Assembly (NCBI RefSeq): GCF_016432865.1
Contig: NC_067400.1
Coordinates: forward strand, 246,202,001 to 246,266,000
Length of the DNA stretch: 64,000 bases
Source: Antechinus flavipes
Lineage: Eukaryota
Reading direction: 5' to 3'
Shown: positions 48,704 through 61,904 of the stretch, piece by piece
Layout: each line of letters begins with the position of its first letter
Position numbering within the stretch: position 1 is the first letter of the stretch
Translations under genes and position numbers: made by a program
The notes under the pieces: generated by a model
The model's input: the letters and a program-made list of their open reading frames with translations, nothing else
What the model was told of the DNA's origin: nothing
Database searches by the model: none

Positions 48704-50954
48704 ACATTTCCAGAGTTTCAATCTTTAATATTGCACTTGATGTCATTGAAGAAGATCTCGTCTACAATTAATCTTTTTCAACAAAGGCAGAATTCTCTAG
48801 ATTTCATTTGGAAAAATAAAAGGATTTTATTTCTTTATATAAGTGTCTCTTAAAATTGGAATTCTGCAGTACTTATATTTTAGTACTCCATAAAGCGCAA
48901 GCCCCATTTTATAAGAGTCAAAGATTTTATCCCCAAAATCCATGGCCCTTCTCCCACATTTTGTGTGCATACTAAATGGGTTTTCACGTTAAAGTTTTGT
49001 CAAAGGTTTCTATGTTCATCAAGTCATGCTCATGGTTCATCTCTTCCAGATTCAAATGGTCCTTAATGACTGTCAGCATGTGAATTAATACACTGATTTC
49101 TAGCTATCTTTCACTATTTTATTATCAATTACTAATATGAAATACATATGAATATGTACAATGGAAAAACATAGCACAAAACTACAGAAGAGTGTCATAT
49201 GTCAAACCTGAAGACTTTCATGGAATCATGCCCTTCTGATGGGCCCAATCTTTTCCATCAAAGTACATAGGCAGTCCAGTTCACAACACTGTCCTTGACC
49301 TCAGGCTCTCCCATTCATGGGGAAATGGACTAATTTTTAAAGAATGTCTTTAAACCCTCAAACATCTAAAGTCTAACTCAAACTCCCAGAGGGAGAAAAT
49401 CTCTTTTTTAATGTCCCACAGCTTGGCTTTGGACTTTACATCCTAAAAATTATTTCCCTCAGATGAGTCCTTAGGGAGAAAGAGCTTAGTATCCCCAACT
49501 GGAACATAATAGAAGATTAATCAGTTTTTATAGATTGAAATGTTTATTGTTTGAATTAATGTTTTGTGCAGTAGAGGAAACACTACAAGTATTACAAGCT
49601 ATAGATCTTACATCTCCTGTGATTTATCTTAAAATGAATGTCTGCTACAATAGATATCACTCATAGCCCTTATTCTACATTCAGAAAAAAATATGGATAT
49701 TTCTATGGATTCACAAAGATATTCTCAGGAGACACACTCCATTGAATTCTTCCCAGAATATACCTTTAAATGATTCATCAATCCTTTCCAGGGAGGTCAC
49801 ATCAATAAAAATTACACCTTCTGGAAGATGACTTTTCTCTTCAACAGCTCTCAGTGGGAAAAGAGCTTTTCATTCTCTGTAATAAAGCTGAAAATTAGTT
49901 TAATGGGGTAAAAGTACTAGTGTAGTTCTAGTTCTAAGATTTTTTCATTTGGGAAGAAATAAAAAATAACTACTGATTGTACTTCATGGTGGGTTTTTTT
50001 TTTAATCCTTTAAAAAGTTGGCATAGTCTCCTAAGTGTTCTCTAAGCTCGAATCCCAGTTCCTTCAAGTGATCCCCATGGGTTTTGAATTACAAAACTGG
50101 TTTGAACCTCTTTAGATGCTCAATAGATTGGCTGAAGATGAGATATTCCCTGAATAGCACAGATTAATGATGAGCCATCATTTCCATTTTTCTTAATTCT
50201 AGTCCTTTATGCCCCTCTTCATGCAATCTCAAAGTCACACTGCACCATCTGGCTATCATATGAAATCCTATTGTATCCTCATGGACCCTGAGCCATAGGT
50301 CATTTTTCCAAATGGTCTGAACTTCTCTTGATGCTCAACAGATTGGCTGAAGATGAGACACGCCCTGAGCAGTGCAGATTAATGATGGGCTATCATCTCC
50401 ATTTTCCTGAATTCTTGTCTCATACCTCTCTTCATATAATCTCAAGGTCACAGTGGGATGTCAAGATGTCATATAAAATATTATTGGGTTGTTTTATCCT
50501 TTAGACTGCAGTTATGAGAGATTTAGAAGCCAAGAAAAGAACTACATCTATTGCTGTCTCTACCACTTTTATCTCATTTTTCTTCTGATCACTTAATATC
50601 TTTCTAAAATGCTCCACAATAGTAACAGTCTCATCTGCCATGGTCTCAGTTATTTTCTCTCTGACACTCATGACCTCAGCTCAAGTTTCAGACCAGCATT
50701 TCACCCTGAAGTCACAGATACAACTGGCTAACTTCTTAGGTCAGGAATTCATGATCCTCCATCAATAGAGATCTTCCATCAATAGAGTCCCTTTTGGCTC
50801 TCCTTTCACTGCCTTTTAAAGTCTTGTTTTCTGACCTAAAATTAAAGAACAATTGATTTCTTCAGAGAGCCCAGTAATTTCATTATTTCTACAACTAATG
50901 GCTCCTCCTGAGTCTTCCTTCTTCTTGATCTTCATTTGGTTCTTGAAAATGCTA

Positions 50955-53900
50955 GGAGGGGCAGAGCCAAGATGGCAGAGAGGTAACAGAACTTTGTTTG
51001 AGCTTTTCCTAGCTTCCTGCAGAATCAACACTAGATCAAGCCTTTGAATAGATTTTAGAGTAAGAGAACCCACAAATATTCAGAATACAACAAATTTCCA
51101 GCAGAAAATATTTTGGAAGGATTTCAGGAAAGGTCTGTCTCAATCAAGCTGGGGGGAATGCTGCTCAATACAGATGCAGCATAGGGAGAAACAGGGTGGA
51201 GAGGCCTTTGGAGAGCTTTTAACCAAAGTATAGCAATATTGGCTATTCTGTTCTAGTTCAGACACCAATGGAGCAGCAGACTAGCTGTGAGATGTTCAAC
51301 ACAACCACAGAAGGTAAATAGTGAGCCCCTGAACCCTAGCATAACAAGGGGAGAGCCTGCAGCACTAGTGGTCCCAGGGCAGAATAAAACCTTTATCATC
51401 CTGTAGAGGAAGCTCAGAACAATCCCCCCTATGCCACAGAAGCAGACCACAATCCTTAAAAATGAGCAAAAAAAAAAAAAAGAAAGAAAGAAAAGAAAAG
51501 AACTCTGACCACAGTTAGCTATTATAAAAACAGGGAAGCACAAACTTCAATCCCTGAAGACACTAAAGGCAAAACGTCTCCAGATGAAGACTCAAAAGGG
51601 GATATGACCTCATCTCCAACTCAAAAGGCTCTCTTGGAAGAATTCACAAAGGAGTTAGAAGAAAAATGGGGAAAGGAAATGAAAGCTTGGCAAGAGAGTT
51701 TAGAAAAGGAAACATAGATATTGTTTGAAGACAACAACTCCTTAAAAAACATATTTGGTGAAATGGGGGGGGGGAATATTTTGAAGAAAACTACTTCTTA
51801 AAGACAAATTAAATAATGCCAATTAGATACCAAATTTGAAATTCTGAAAATAAGAGGGGAAATTAATAAAAGTGAAAATAAGAAAACTATTGAACTTATA
51901 AACAAAACTAAGAGTTGATTTTATGGGAAAAAAAAACAAAATAGAGAAACCTTTAGTTATTTTTATTTTAAAAAATGAAAGAAGAAAATCAAATATCTAG
52001 TATCAAAAATGAAAAGGGCTAACTTTTCACCAATGGAGAGGAAATTAGTTCAATAATTAGGAGCTATTTTGCCCAGCTGGATGCAAATAAATCTGATATT
52101 CAAAATGAAATGGAGAAATACTTTTTAAAAATATAGATTACCCAGATTAACAGAGAAGGAAATAAATTACTTAACTAGTCCTATTTTAGGAAAAGAAATT
52201 GAAAAAGCTATTAATGAACTTCATAAGAAAAAATCTTCTGAGTCAGATGAATTTACAAGTGAATTCTACCAAACATTTAAACAATTAATTCCAATACAAT
52301 ACAAATTATTTGGGGAAATAGGGGAAGAAGGAATCCTACCAAATTCCTTATATAACACAGATATGGTGTTGATACCTAAACCAGTAGAGTCAAAACAGAA
52401 AGAAAAGTATAGACCAATTTCTGTAATAAATATTGATGCAAAAATCTTAAATAAAATATTATCAAAGAGACTGCAGCAATTTATCACTAGGATAATACAC
52501 TATGACCAAAAAGTATTTATACCAGGAATGCAAGACTGATTCAATATTAGAAAAACTACAATTAGAATAATTGACTATATGAATAACCAAACTAACAGAA
52601 ATCATATGATGATCTCTAGATAGAGAATAAGCATTTGACAAAATCCAACACTATTCCTATTAAAAACAATACAGGACATAGGAATAAATGACGTTTTCCT
52701 TGAAGTATCATCTACCTGAAACCATCAGTAAATATTATATACAATAGGGATAAACTAGATGCTACCAAATAAGATCAGGGTGAACCAAAGTTGCCCATTA
52801 TCATCATTACTCAATATTGTATTATAAATGTTAGCTTTAACAATAAAAAGAAAAAGAAATTGAAGGAATTAGAGTAGTTAACGAGTAAACAAAATGATCA
52901 CTTTTTTCAGATGATATGATTCTATACTGAGAGAATCCTAGAGAATCAGCTACTAGAAACAATTAACAACTTTAGCAAAGTTGCATCATGCAAAATAAAT
53001 GCACATAAATCATCAGCATTTCAATACCAATAAAGTCCAGCAGCAAGAGATAGAAAGAGGAATTCCATGTAAAATAATTGTAGATAATATAAAATATTTA
53101 CAAGTCTACCAGCCAAGACAAAGCCAGGAACTATATGAACACAAGTACAAAACACTTTCCACACAAATAACATTAGATCTAAACAACTGGAAGAATATCA
53201 AGTGCCCATGGGTAAGCCAAGCTAATATAATAAAAATGACAATTCTACCTAAATTAATCTATTTATTCAGTGCATATCTATAAAACTATGAAGTAATTAT
53301 AGAACTGGACAAAATAAGAACAAAATTCATCTGAAAGAAGAAAAGATTAGGAATTTCAAGGGGATTAATAAAAAATTGCAAATGAAAGTAGCCTAGATGA
53401 ACCAGACCTAAAACTATATTATAAAGCAGCAATTATCAAAGTCATTTGGTACTGGTTAAAAAGTAGAGTAATAGATCAGTGAAATAGGTCAGGGTCACAA
53501 GACACAATAATCAAGGACTATGTAACCTAGCATTTGATAAATGCAAAGACTCCAGCTTCTGAGAAAAGAACTCACTATTAAAAAAAAAAAAAAACTAGAA
53601 AAATTGGAAAACAGAATGACAGAAACTGGTATTAACTAACATCTAACACCCTATAACAAGATAAGGTCAAAATGGGTATATAATTTAAACATAAAGGGTG
53701 ATACTATAAGCAAATTAGAGCAAGAAAGGATAGTCCACCTCTCAGATTCATGGAGAAGGGAGAAATTAATGGCCAAAGAAGAACTAGAAAACATTATAAA
53801 ATGCAAAATGGATAATTTTGATTGTATTAAATTAAAATGTTTGTATAACAAAACTAATTCAGCCAAGATTAGAAGGGAAGCAGAAAACTGAGGGGAGGGA

Positions 53901-54655
53901 AGGAATTTACATCCAAGGATCCTGATAAAGGCTTCATTTCCAAAATAGAGAATTAACAAAAATTTGTAAGAATACAAGCCATTATCAAATTGATCAAGGG
54001 TCAAAAGATATGAACAGACAATTTTCAGACAAAGAGATTAAAGCTATTTCTACTCATATGAAAAAATGCTCTAAATCATTATTGATTAGAGAAATGCAAA
54101 TTAGACAACTCTGAAGCCTCACTACTCATCTCTCAGAGTGGCTAAGGTGATAGAAAAAAATAATGATATATGTCGGAACAGATGTGGGAAAGTTGGGACA
54201 CCAATACATTGTTGGTGGAGTTGTGAACTGATCCAACAATTTTGGAAAGCACTTTGAAAGTATGCTCAAAGGGCTATCAAACTGTGCATACCATTTGATC
54301 CCAGACTTGACTGGGCCTGTAACTCAAAGAGATCCTAAAAACAGGGAAATGATCTACATGTGTAAAAAATGTCTATTGCAGCCCTTTTGTAGTGGCAAGG
54401 AATTGGAAACTGAGTGGATGTCCATCAGGTGGGAAATACCTGAAAAAGTTATGGTCCATGAATATAATCGAATATTATTGTTCTCTAAGAAACAATCAGC
54501 AGGATGATTTCAGAAAGCCTTGGAGAGACTTGCATGAACTGAGGCTGAGTGAAGTGCATAGAACCAAAATAACATTGTATACAGTAACAGCAAGATTATG
54601 TGATAATCAATTATAACAGACCAGCTTTTCTAAGCAATACAGAGTTCCAAGACAC
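50955..54655 (+). mobile_element. Degraded L1: 5'UTR, ORF1 start (about 51461), internal deletion, ORF2; 3' end missing
   Basis: ggaggggcagagccaagatgg 5' end; ORF2 motifs (gatgatatgat YADD-like region, ANIIKMTILPKLIYLFSA). Confidence 0.9.
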
Positions 54656-55131
54656 TTCCAATAATAGGTAGTGTATAAAAAATCTTTATAGTGCTTTCGA
54701 AATGATAGTTAGATTACCTAATTCCATGTAATTTTTCCTCCACAATTATCTCAATTTCAATTTAAAACTTGCTATCACTTCTTTCTCAAAGAGCACTACT
54801 CAAAATAAATAGAATAAAAAAGCATGCTGAAAGAATCAAGTGAGGTCTTCCAGTTGTGATGTAAGTACAACATTCCCAGGAAAAGAGGACTACCATGAAC
54901 ACTGGGTGGAGCAGCAGCCACAATAACTACATAGGCTTTGGCAACATTATAATCATTTCTCATCACAGGAATGACATTGTTGGTAGAATCTTGATAGAGA
55001 AACATCATTTCAAGAGAAAACAACACCCTTAATGAACTGGAGAAATTCTTCCCAAGCAACAAACTATGACAAGAATGTGATTTTGCTCTTGTAAGTTCAT
55101 TAATGGAAATTAGGCAATTTAGAATTAATGG

Positions 55132-55160
55132 GCCACACCTCCTTCCGAAAGAGTATAAAA
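55132..55160 (+). promoter_or_regulatory. Core promoter, copy 9
   Basis: GCCACACCTCC at 55132; TATAAAA 55154-55160. Confidence 0.85.
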
Positions 55161-55238
55161 GTCCCCCTCAACATGTTCCCCTACACACTCACCCAAAGCA
55201 AACCCTGAGATCCTTCCAAATCTGTGAAACTTGAAACC

Positions 55239-55466
55239 ATGTGCTACTACGGCAGCTACTATGGAGGCCTGGGCTATGGCTATGGCTCTGGTTATGGCTG
55301 TGGATGTGGCAGCTACCGTGGCCTAGGCTATGGCTATGGCAGCTGTGGCTGTAGAGGCCTGGGCTATGGTAGCTATGGCTATGGAGGCCTGGGCTATGGT
55401 GGCTATGGCTATGGCTGCTGCCGCCCATCTTGCTGTGGAAGGTATTCTTCTTATGGCTTCTACTGA
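55239..55466 (+). CDS. KRTAP19/20-like: HGT keratin-associated protein, copy 9 (75 aa)
   Basis: MCYYGSYY...[16 protein letters not shown]; MCYY start resembles KRTAP20. Confidence 0.95.
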   Translation: MCYYGSYYGGLGYGYGSGYGCGCGSYRGLGYGYGSCGCRGLGYGSYGYGGLGYGGYGYGCCRPSCCGRYSSYGFY

Positions 55467-55752
55467 AAAACTTCCTGCTCCTGTAGTGTCCTGGAATCCT
55501 TGTGCAACCCTGTTTGGTGTAATTCTATGGCATTTTAAAGACATCACCTTCCATCTGCTTCTACATCTTGGTGATATAGGAGAGACACCACAAGAAGTTT
55601 CACCATTCCTAAGAAACACTTAGAGCAGTGAATGCCAGGGATTCAGAAGCACCTGGACCCTTCCCTCTGGGAAATGATATTGAATCTCAGTAGAGATTCA
55701 GAAGGTGTACTCAGCTCTGATATATCATGCTGAGAGATCTATTATAATTTTT

Positions 55753-55758
55753 AATAAA
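55753..55758 (+). terminator. PolyA signal, copy 9
   Basis: AATAAA at the homologous position. Confidence 0.8.
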
Positions 55759-58140
55759 GTTATTTCACTTATTGATGAAACTGGTTTTATGACTTTTCCT
55801 TGATCTCCATCTATATGTGTATCAATTTCACACCACAAAGTTATTTAATCTTGACTTATACTTGTATAACTACAAAATCTTTGGTCTCCAATTCATCTTT
55901 TGCAATGAAAGCAGAATTCTCCAGATTCCTTTTTTTTTAAGTATTTTATTTTCATATTTAAAATAGGAATGCTATAGTACTTAAATTTAGTAATGTCATA
56001 ATACATAATGTCCAAGTCCCATTTTACTAGAGTCAACAATTTTATGCTTATATTATGTGACCTATCTCTTACACTCCAAGTGCATACTGACTGAATTTTT
56101 ATGTTCAAAATTTCTCAAAGGTTTCCATGTTCATTACTTCATGCCCATGATTTTTCACTTCCAAATGCAAATAGTCCCTAATGATTGTCAGCATGTGGAA
56201 TAATGCACTGATTTCTAGTTGTCTTTCATCATTTTGTTATCAACTACCAATATGAAGTTTAAGAGCACAGTACAAGAGAGTCATATGTCAAAAGTGAAGG
56301 TGGTCATACAACCATGCCCTTCTGATATGTTCCATCTCTTCCAGCAAACTACACAGCCAGTCCAGCTCACAACATTATCCTTGAGCAGAGGCTCTCCCAT
56401 CCATTTGGGAATTTGGCTAATTTGTAAAGAATGTCTTCAAACTCCTCAAACAACTACTCAAACTCAAGGAGGAAGAAAGTATCTTATTTATTTTTCCATA
56501 CTCTGGCTTTGAACTTTGTACACACAAACTCATATCCCTCAGACAAATCTTTTGGGGGAGGAGGGAAGCTTAGTACTCAATCTAGAACCCAGCTGAAACT
56601 TAATCAATTTTTATAGGTTGAAATGGTTATTGCTTGAATTAGTATTTTGTGCAGTAGAAGAAACACTACAAGTGCTACAAATATTGGACTTCATGTCCCT
56701 TGTGAGTTATCTTAAAATGAGTATCTGCTACTGTAAACTATCACTCAGCCCTTATTCTCCATTCAGAAAAAAAGCATGAGTATTCCTTTAGAGCTATGAG
56801 CTTTTCAACAGAGATATTCTCAGGATACATGGTTCATTCGATTCCTCTTAGAACAAACCTCTAAATGATTCATCCATCTTTTCCAGAAAGACATGCTCTC
56901 AAGGTCACATCAGCAGATACTGTTCCATCAGGAAGAAGATGACTTCTCTCTTCAATAGCTCTTAGTAGGAAAAGAACTTTTCATTCTCTGTTATAAAGTT
57001 GGAAAAGACCAACTTTTTTTTTTTAATGGGGTAAAAGACCACTCCAGTTTTAAGTTCTCTCATATGGCAAGAAATAAAAAATATCTATTGCCTGTACTTC
57101 GTGGTGGTCATTTTTTTAAGTCCTTAAAAAAAAGCTGGCACAATCCCCTTCAGGGTTTGATAAACCCAAGAGTCCTAGTTTCTTCAAAAGGTCCCCAGAG
57201 AACTTGAGCTACAGGTCCTTTTCTCAAATGGCCTGGACTTCTCTAGATGCTCAATAGATGGACTGAAGATGAGACATGCCCTGAGTAGTGCAGATTAATG
57301 ATGATCCATCATCTCCATTTTTCCTGAATTTTAGCCCCTTATGCTCCTTTTCATGGAATCTTAAGATTTCTGTGGGAGGTTTGGCTGTCATATAAAAACT
57401 TATCGGACTATTTTATACTTTTGGCTGAAATTGTAAGAGATTTATAAGCCAAAAAAAAAAAAAAACCTACAACTTCTATTGCTGTTCCTACCAGTTTGAT
57501 CTTACTTTTGTTCTGATCACTGAATGTCTTTCTAAAATCCTCCACTAGATAACAGTCTCATCTGCCATGGATTCAATTATTTTCTCTAACTTCCCACTCT
57601 CTACCATTTCATTACCCTGGCTGAAATTTCAGGAATCCATTTCACACCTGAACTCACAGGAATACCTGGCTGACTACCTGCATCAGATATTCATGATCCT
57701 CCCCAAATTCAGATTATCTGCACTTCCCTGTATTTGCACATTTAGAAATGCCATGGCTATACTGAAATCAATAGAGACAACTCAGACTCTCTTTTCACTG
57801 TCTTTGAAAGTTTTGTGGTCTGACAGAAAATTTAAAGAAACAATTCTCTCCAGAGAGCCTTGTAATTTTGTCATGCCCACAACTAATGGCCTCTCCTGAG
57901 TCTTCCTTTTTCTTGATCCCCATTTGGTTCCTGAAAAGACTGGCCAACTGGTGCTCCTAAACATCTTGGATACTTTTCTTCCAGCCAGATTACTCATTCT
58001 TGGTGGTCAAAGGTGAACAATTAGCTTGTCATCCAAAGTCTATTGAGTGAAGCCTAAGTTCTTTCTTTTCTTTCCTCTGCACTTCTTTTTCCTTGTGGTA
58101 AGAAAGTAGACCTTTTCAAGCTCCCAGGACATCATGGCAC

Positions 58141-58142
<2 letters not shown>

Positions 58143-58197
<55 letters not shown>
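58143..58197. repeat. (CT)27 microsatellite
   Basis: Perfect CT run at the unit's pyrimidine-tract position. Confidence 0.95.
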
Positions 58198-58200
<3 letters not shown>

Positions 58201-59658
58201 CACTCATTGCTTCACCTTTATAATGAGGGGAAAATCTCTCTTCAACACCAGTTCTACATCATGAACTGTCTATTTGGGAATTTCAAATTGAGGTCTCTTA
58301 TACATCTCAAAACACCTAGAATTGGAAAAGATCTCATTCTCTTTCTTCAAAAGCAATTTATCTATTTAAAACTGCTCTTAAACTGTCTAAAGAATTGACA
58401 TCAAACCAGGAAATCAGGTTCTCAGACTTGGGGAAGATCTTGAACTGTCTCTAATTATCACACGCAAGCAATCAGATAGCAAAAATTCTTTCTCCTTTCC
58501 CAAAGTATGTAATCCTAACATATCTTGCCACTTTTAAATCTCCATTTTAGATCAGCCTTTACAGTACTTTCTGCAAAATCTTTTGATTAGTCCGCATGCC
58601 TCAATTTTCTTCCCACCCATATCAATCCCCAGTCAACTGATCAAGGGATTGTCCTAGATAATTTCCTGATTCCATTAAGGTTATAACCACTACTAATCCC
58701 CAGTCTCTACAATAATATTATGGTAAACTTCATTTTATTTTTGTTTTGTACTGGTTTAAATAGATAGCCTCCGTCTGGCATTTCATCTTCTTCATTAGCT
58801 AACCCCTTTAAACCTTTCCAGACTCAGTACTCTTAATTTTCCTCTCAACATTTTGTGGTTCTGCCCAATGTAGCTTACCTGCTTTCATTAAAACAATACC
58901 TTTCATGTTTCTTCTCCTTGACTTTTCTCTTTCTGGTTGCCTACAAGGCCAAAATTCCTCTCCATTCTATTTCTATCTCTTCTGACTTTTGATAGGTCTT
59001 GGATTAAATCCCATCTATGCAATACCTGTGATTCTAGGGGCTTGAATCTTTGCCTTTGAAATCTCCCATCACCTCTCCCCTCCCATGTTTGTGGCAGGTT
59101 TCTTGTTATTTTGATATTTGCATTGTCCTTAAAACTTTATACTTTTCTGAGAACCGGGATTCTGGTGACATTTTTTTCTATTTCCATTCCTAAATGCAAA
59201 GTACAGGTGGAGTATAAACAATACTTATAATGGATTGGGAATGATAATTAGATTACCTAATTCCATGCATTTTTTCCTCCATATTTATTTCAATTTCAAT
59301 TTAAAACTTGCTGTCCCTTCATTCTCAAAAAGAACTATTCAAAAGAAACAAAATTGTGAGGCACACTGAAAGAATCAGAAGGCTAGGGTTTCAAGTTGTG
59401 AAATAAGGGCAATATCCCCAAGAGAGACCTACCATGAAAACTGTGTAGAGCACCAGCCACATTAACTACATATGCTTTGGCAACATTACAATCATTTCTC
59501 ATCACAGGAATGACATCCTTGGTACAATCTTCATAGAGAAACATCATATCAACCCTTAATGAGTTGGAGAAATTCTTCCCAAGCAACAAACTATGACAAG
59601 AATGTGATTTTGCTTTTGCAGGTCCATTAATAGGAATTATGCAATTTAGAAGTAATGG

Positions 59659-59687
59659 GCCACACCTCCTTCCGAAAGAGTATAAAA
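59659..59687 (+). promoter_or_regulatory. Core promoter, copy 10
   Basis: GCCACACCTCC at 59659; TATAAAA 59681-59687. Confidence 0.85.
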
Positions 59688-59765
59688 GTCCCCCTCAACA
59701 TGTTCCCCTACACAATCATCCAAAGCAAACCCTGACATCCTTCCAAATCTGTGATACTTGAAACC

Positions 59766-59993
59766 ATGTGCTACTACGGCAGCTACTATGGAGGCCTGGG
59801 CTATGGCTGTGGCTCTGGTTATGGCTGTGGATGTGGCAGCTATTGTGGCCTAGGCTATGGCTATGGCAGCTGTGGCTGTAGAGGCCTGGGCTATGGTGGC
59901 TATGGCTATGGAGGCCTGGGCTATGGTGGCTATGGCTATGGCTGCTGCCGCCCATCTTGCTGTGGAAGGTATTCTTCTTATGGCTTCTACTGA
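59766..59993 (+). CDS. KRTAP19/20-like: HGT keratin-associated protein, copy 10 (75 aa)
   Basis: MCYYGSYY...GFY*; 4 nt differences from the copy 9 CDS. Confidence 0.95.
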   Translation: MCYYGSYYGGLGYGCGSGYGCGCGSYCGLGYGYGSCGCRGLGYGGYGYGGLGYGGYGYGCCRPSCCGRYSSYGFY

Positions 59994-60278
59994 AAAACTT
60001 CCTGCTCCTGTAGTGTCCTGGAATCCTTGTGCAACCCTGTTTGGTGTAATTCCATGGCATTTTAAAGACATCACCTTCTACCTGCTTCTACACCTGGGTG
60101 ATATAGGAGAGACACCACAAGAAGTTTCACCATTCCTAAGAAACACTTAGAGCAGTGAATGCCAGGGATTCAGAAGCACCTGGACCCTTCCCTCTGGGAA
60201 ATGATATTGAATCTCAGCAGAGATTTCAGAAGGTGTACTCAGCTCTGATATATCATGCTGAGAGATGTTATAATTTTT

Positions 60279-60284
60279 AATAAA
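60279..60284 (+). terminator. PolyA signal, copy 10
   Basis: AATAAA at the homologous position. Confidence 0.8.
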
Positions 60285-61904
60285 GTTATTTCACTTATTA
60301 ATGAAACTGGTTTCATGATTTTTCATTGATCTCCATCTACATGCATGTCAATCTCACACCACAAAGTTATTCAATCTTAACTCACACTTTTATAACTGCA
60401 AAATCTTTGGTCTCCAATTCATCTTTTGCAATGAAAGCAGAATTCTCCAGATTTCATTTTTTTAAAGCATTTTATTTTCATATTTAAAATAGGAATGCTA
60501 TGTCCAAGTCCCATTTTACTAGAGTCAAAAATTTTATGCTTATATTATGTGACCTATCTTTTACACTCCAAGTGCATACTGATTGAATTTTTATGTTCAA
60601 AATTTTTCAAAGGTTTCCATGTTCATTACTTCATGCCCATGATTTTTCACTTCCAAATGCAAATAGTCCCTAATGACTGTCAGCATGTGGAATAATGCAC
60701 TGATTTCTAGTTGTCTTTCATCATTTTGTTATCAACTACCAATATGAAGTTTAAGAGCACAGTACAAGAGAGTCATATGTCAAAAGTGAAGGTGGTCATA
60801 CAACCATGCCCTTCTGATATGTTCCATCTCTTCCAGCAAACTACACAGCCAGTCCAGCTCACAACATTGTTCTTGAGCTGAGGCTCTCCCATCCATTTGG
60901 GAATTTGGCTAATTTGTAAAGAATGTCTTCAAATCCCTCAAACAACTACTCAAATTCAAGGAGGAAGAAAGTATCTTATTTATTTTTCCATACTCTTGCT
61001 TTGAACTTTGTACACACAAACTCATATCCCTCAGACAAATCTTTTGGGGGAGGAGGGAAGCTTAGTATTCAATCTAGAACCCAGCTGAAACTTAATCAGT
61101 TTTTATAGGTTGAAATGGTTATTGCTTGAATTAGTATTTTGTGCAATAGAAGAAACACTACAAGTGCTACAAATATTGGACTTTATGTCTCTTGTGATTT
61201 ATCTTAAAATGAGTATCTGCTACTGTAAACTATCACTCATAGCCTTATTCTCCATTCAGAAAAAAAGCATTAGTATTCCTTTAGAGCTATGAGCTTTTCA
61301 ACAGAGATATTCTCAGGATACATGGTTCATTCGATTCCTCTTAGAACAAACCTCTAAATGATTCATCCATCTTTTCCAGAAAGACATGCTCTCAAGGTCA
61401 CATCAGCAGATAGTGTTCCATCAGGAAGAAGATGACTTCTCTCTTCAATAGCTCTTAGTAGGAAAAGAACTTTTCATTCTCTGTTATAAAGTTGGAAAAG
61501 AGTTTTTAATGGGGTAAAAGACCACTCCAGTTTTAAGTTCTCTCATATGGCAAGAAATAAAAAAATATCTATTGCCTGTACTTCGTGGTGGTCATTTTTT
61601 TTAAGTCCTTAAAAAAAAAAAGCTGGCACAATCCCCTTCAGGGTTTGCTAAACCCAAGAGTCCTAGTTTCTTCAAAAGGTCCCCAGAAAACTTGAGCTAC
61701 AGGTCCTTTTCTCAAATGGCTTGGACTTCTCTAGATGCTCAATAGATGGACTGAAGATGAGACATGCCCTGAGTAGTGCAGATTAATGATGATCCATCAT
61801 CTTCATTTTCCTGAATTTTAGCCCCTTATGCTCCTCTTCATGGAATCTCAAGATTTCTGTGGGAGGTCTGGCTGTCATAGAAAAACTTATTGGACTGTTT
61901 TATA

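Noticed and set aside
3163-59993. CRISPR-like or prokaryotic repeat-spacer array
   Set aside because: The repeats are kb-scale paralogous gene units and codon repeats in mammalian DNA; no constant repeat with unique spacers
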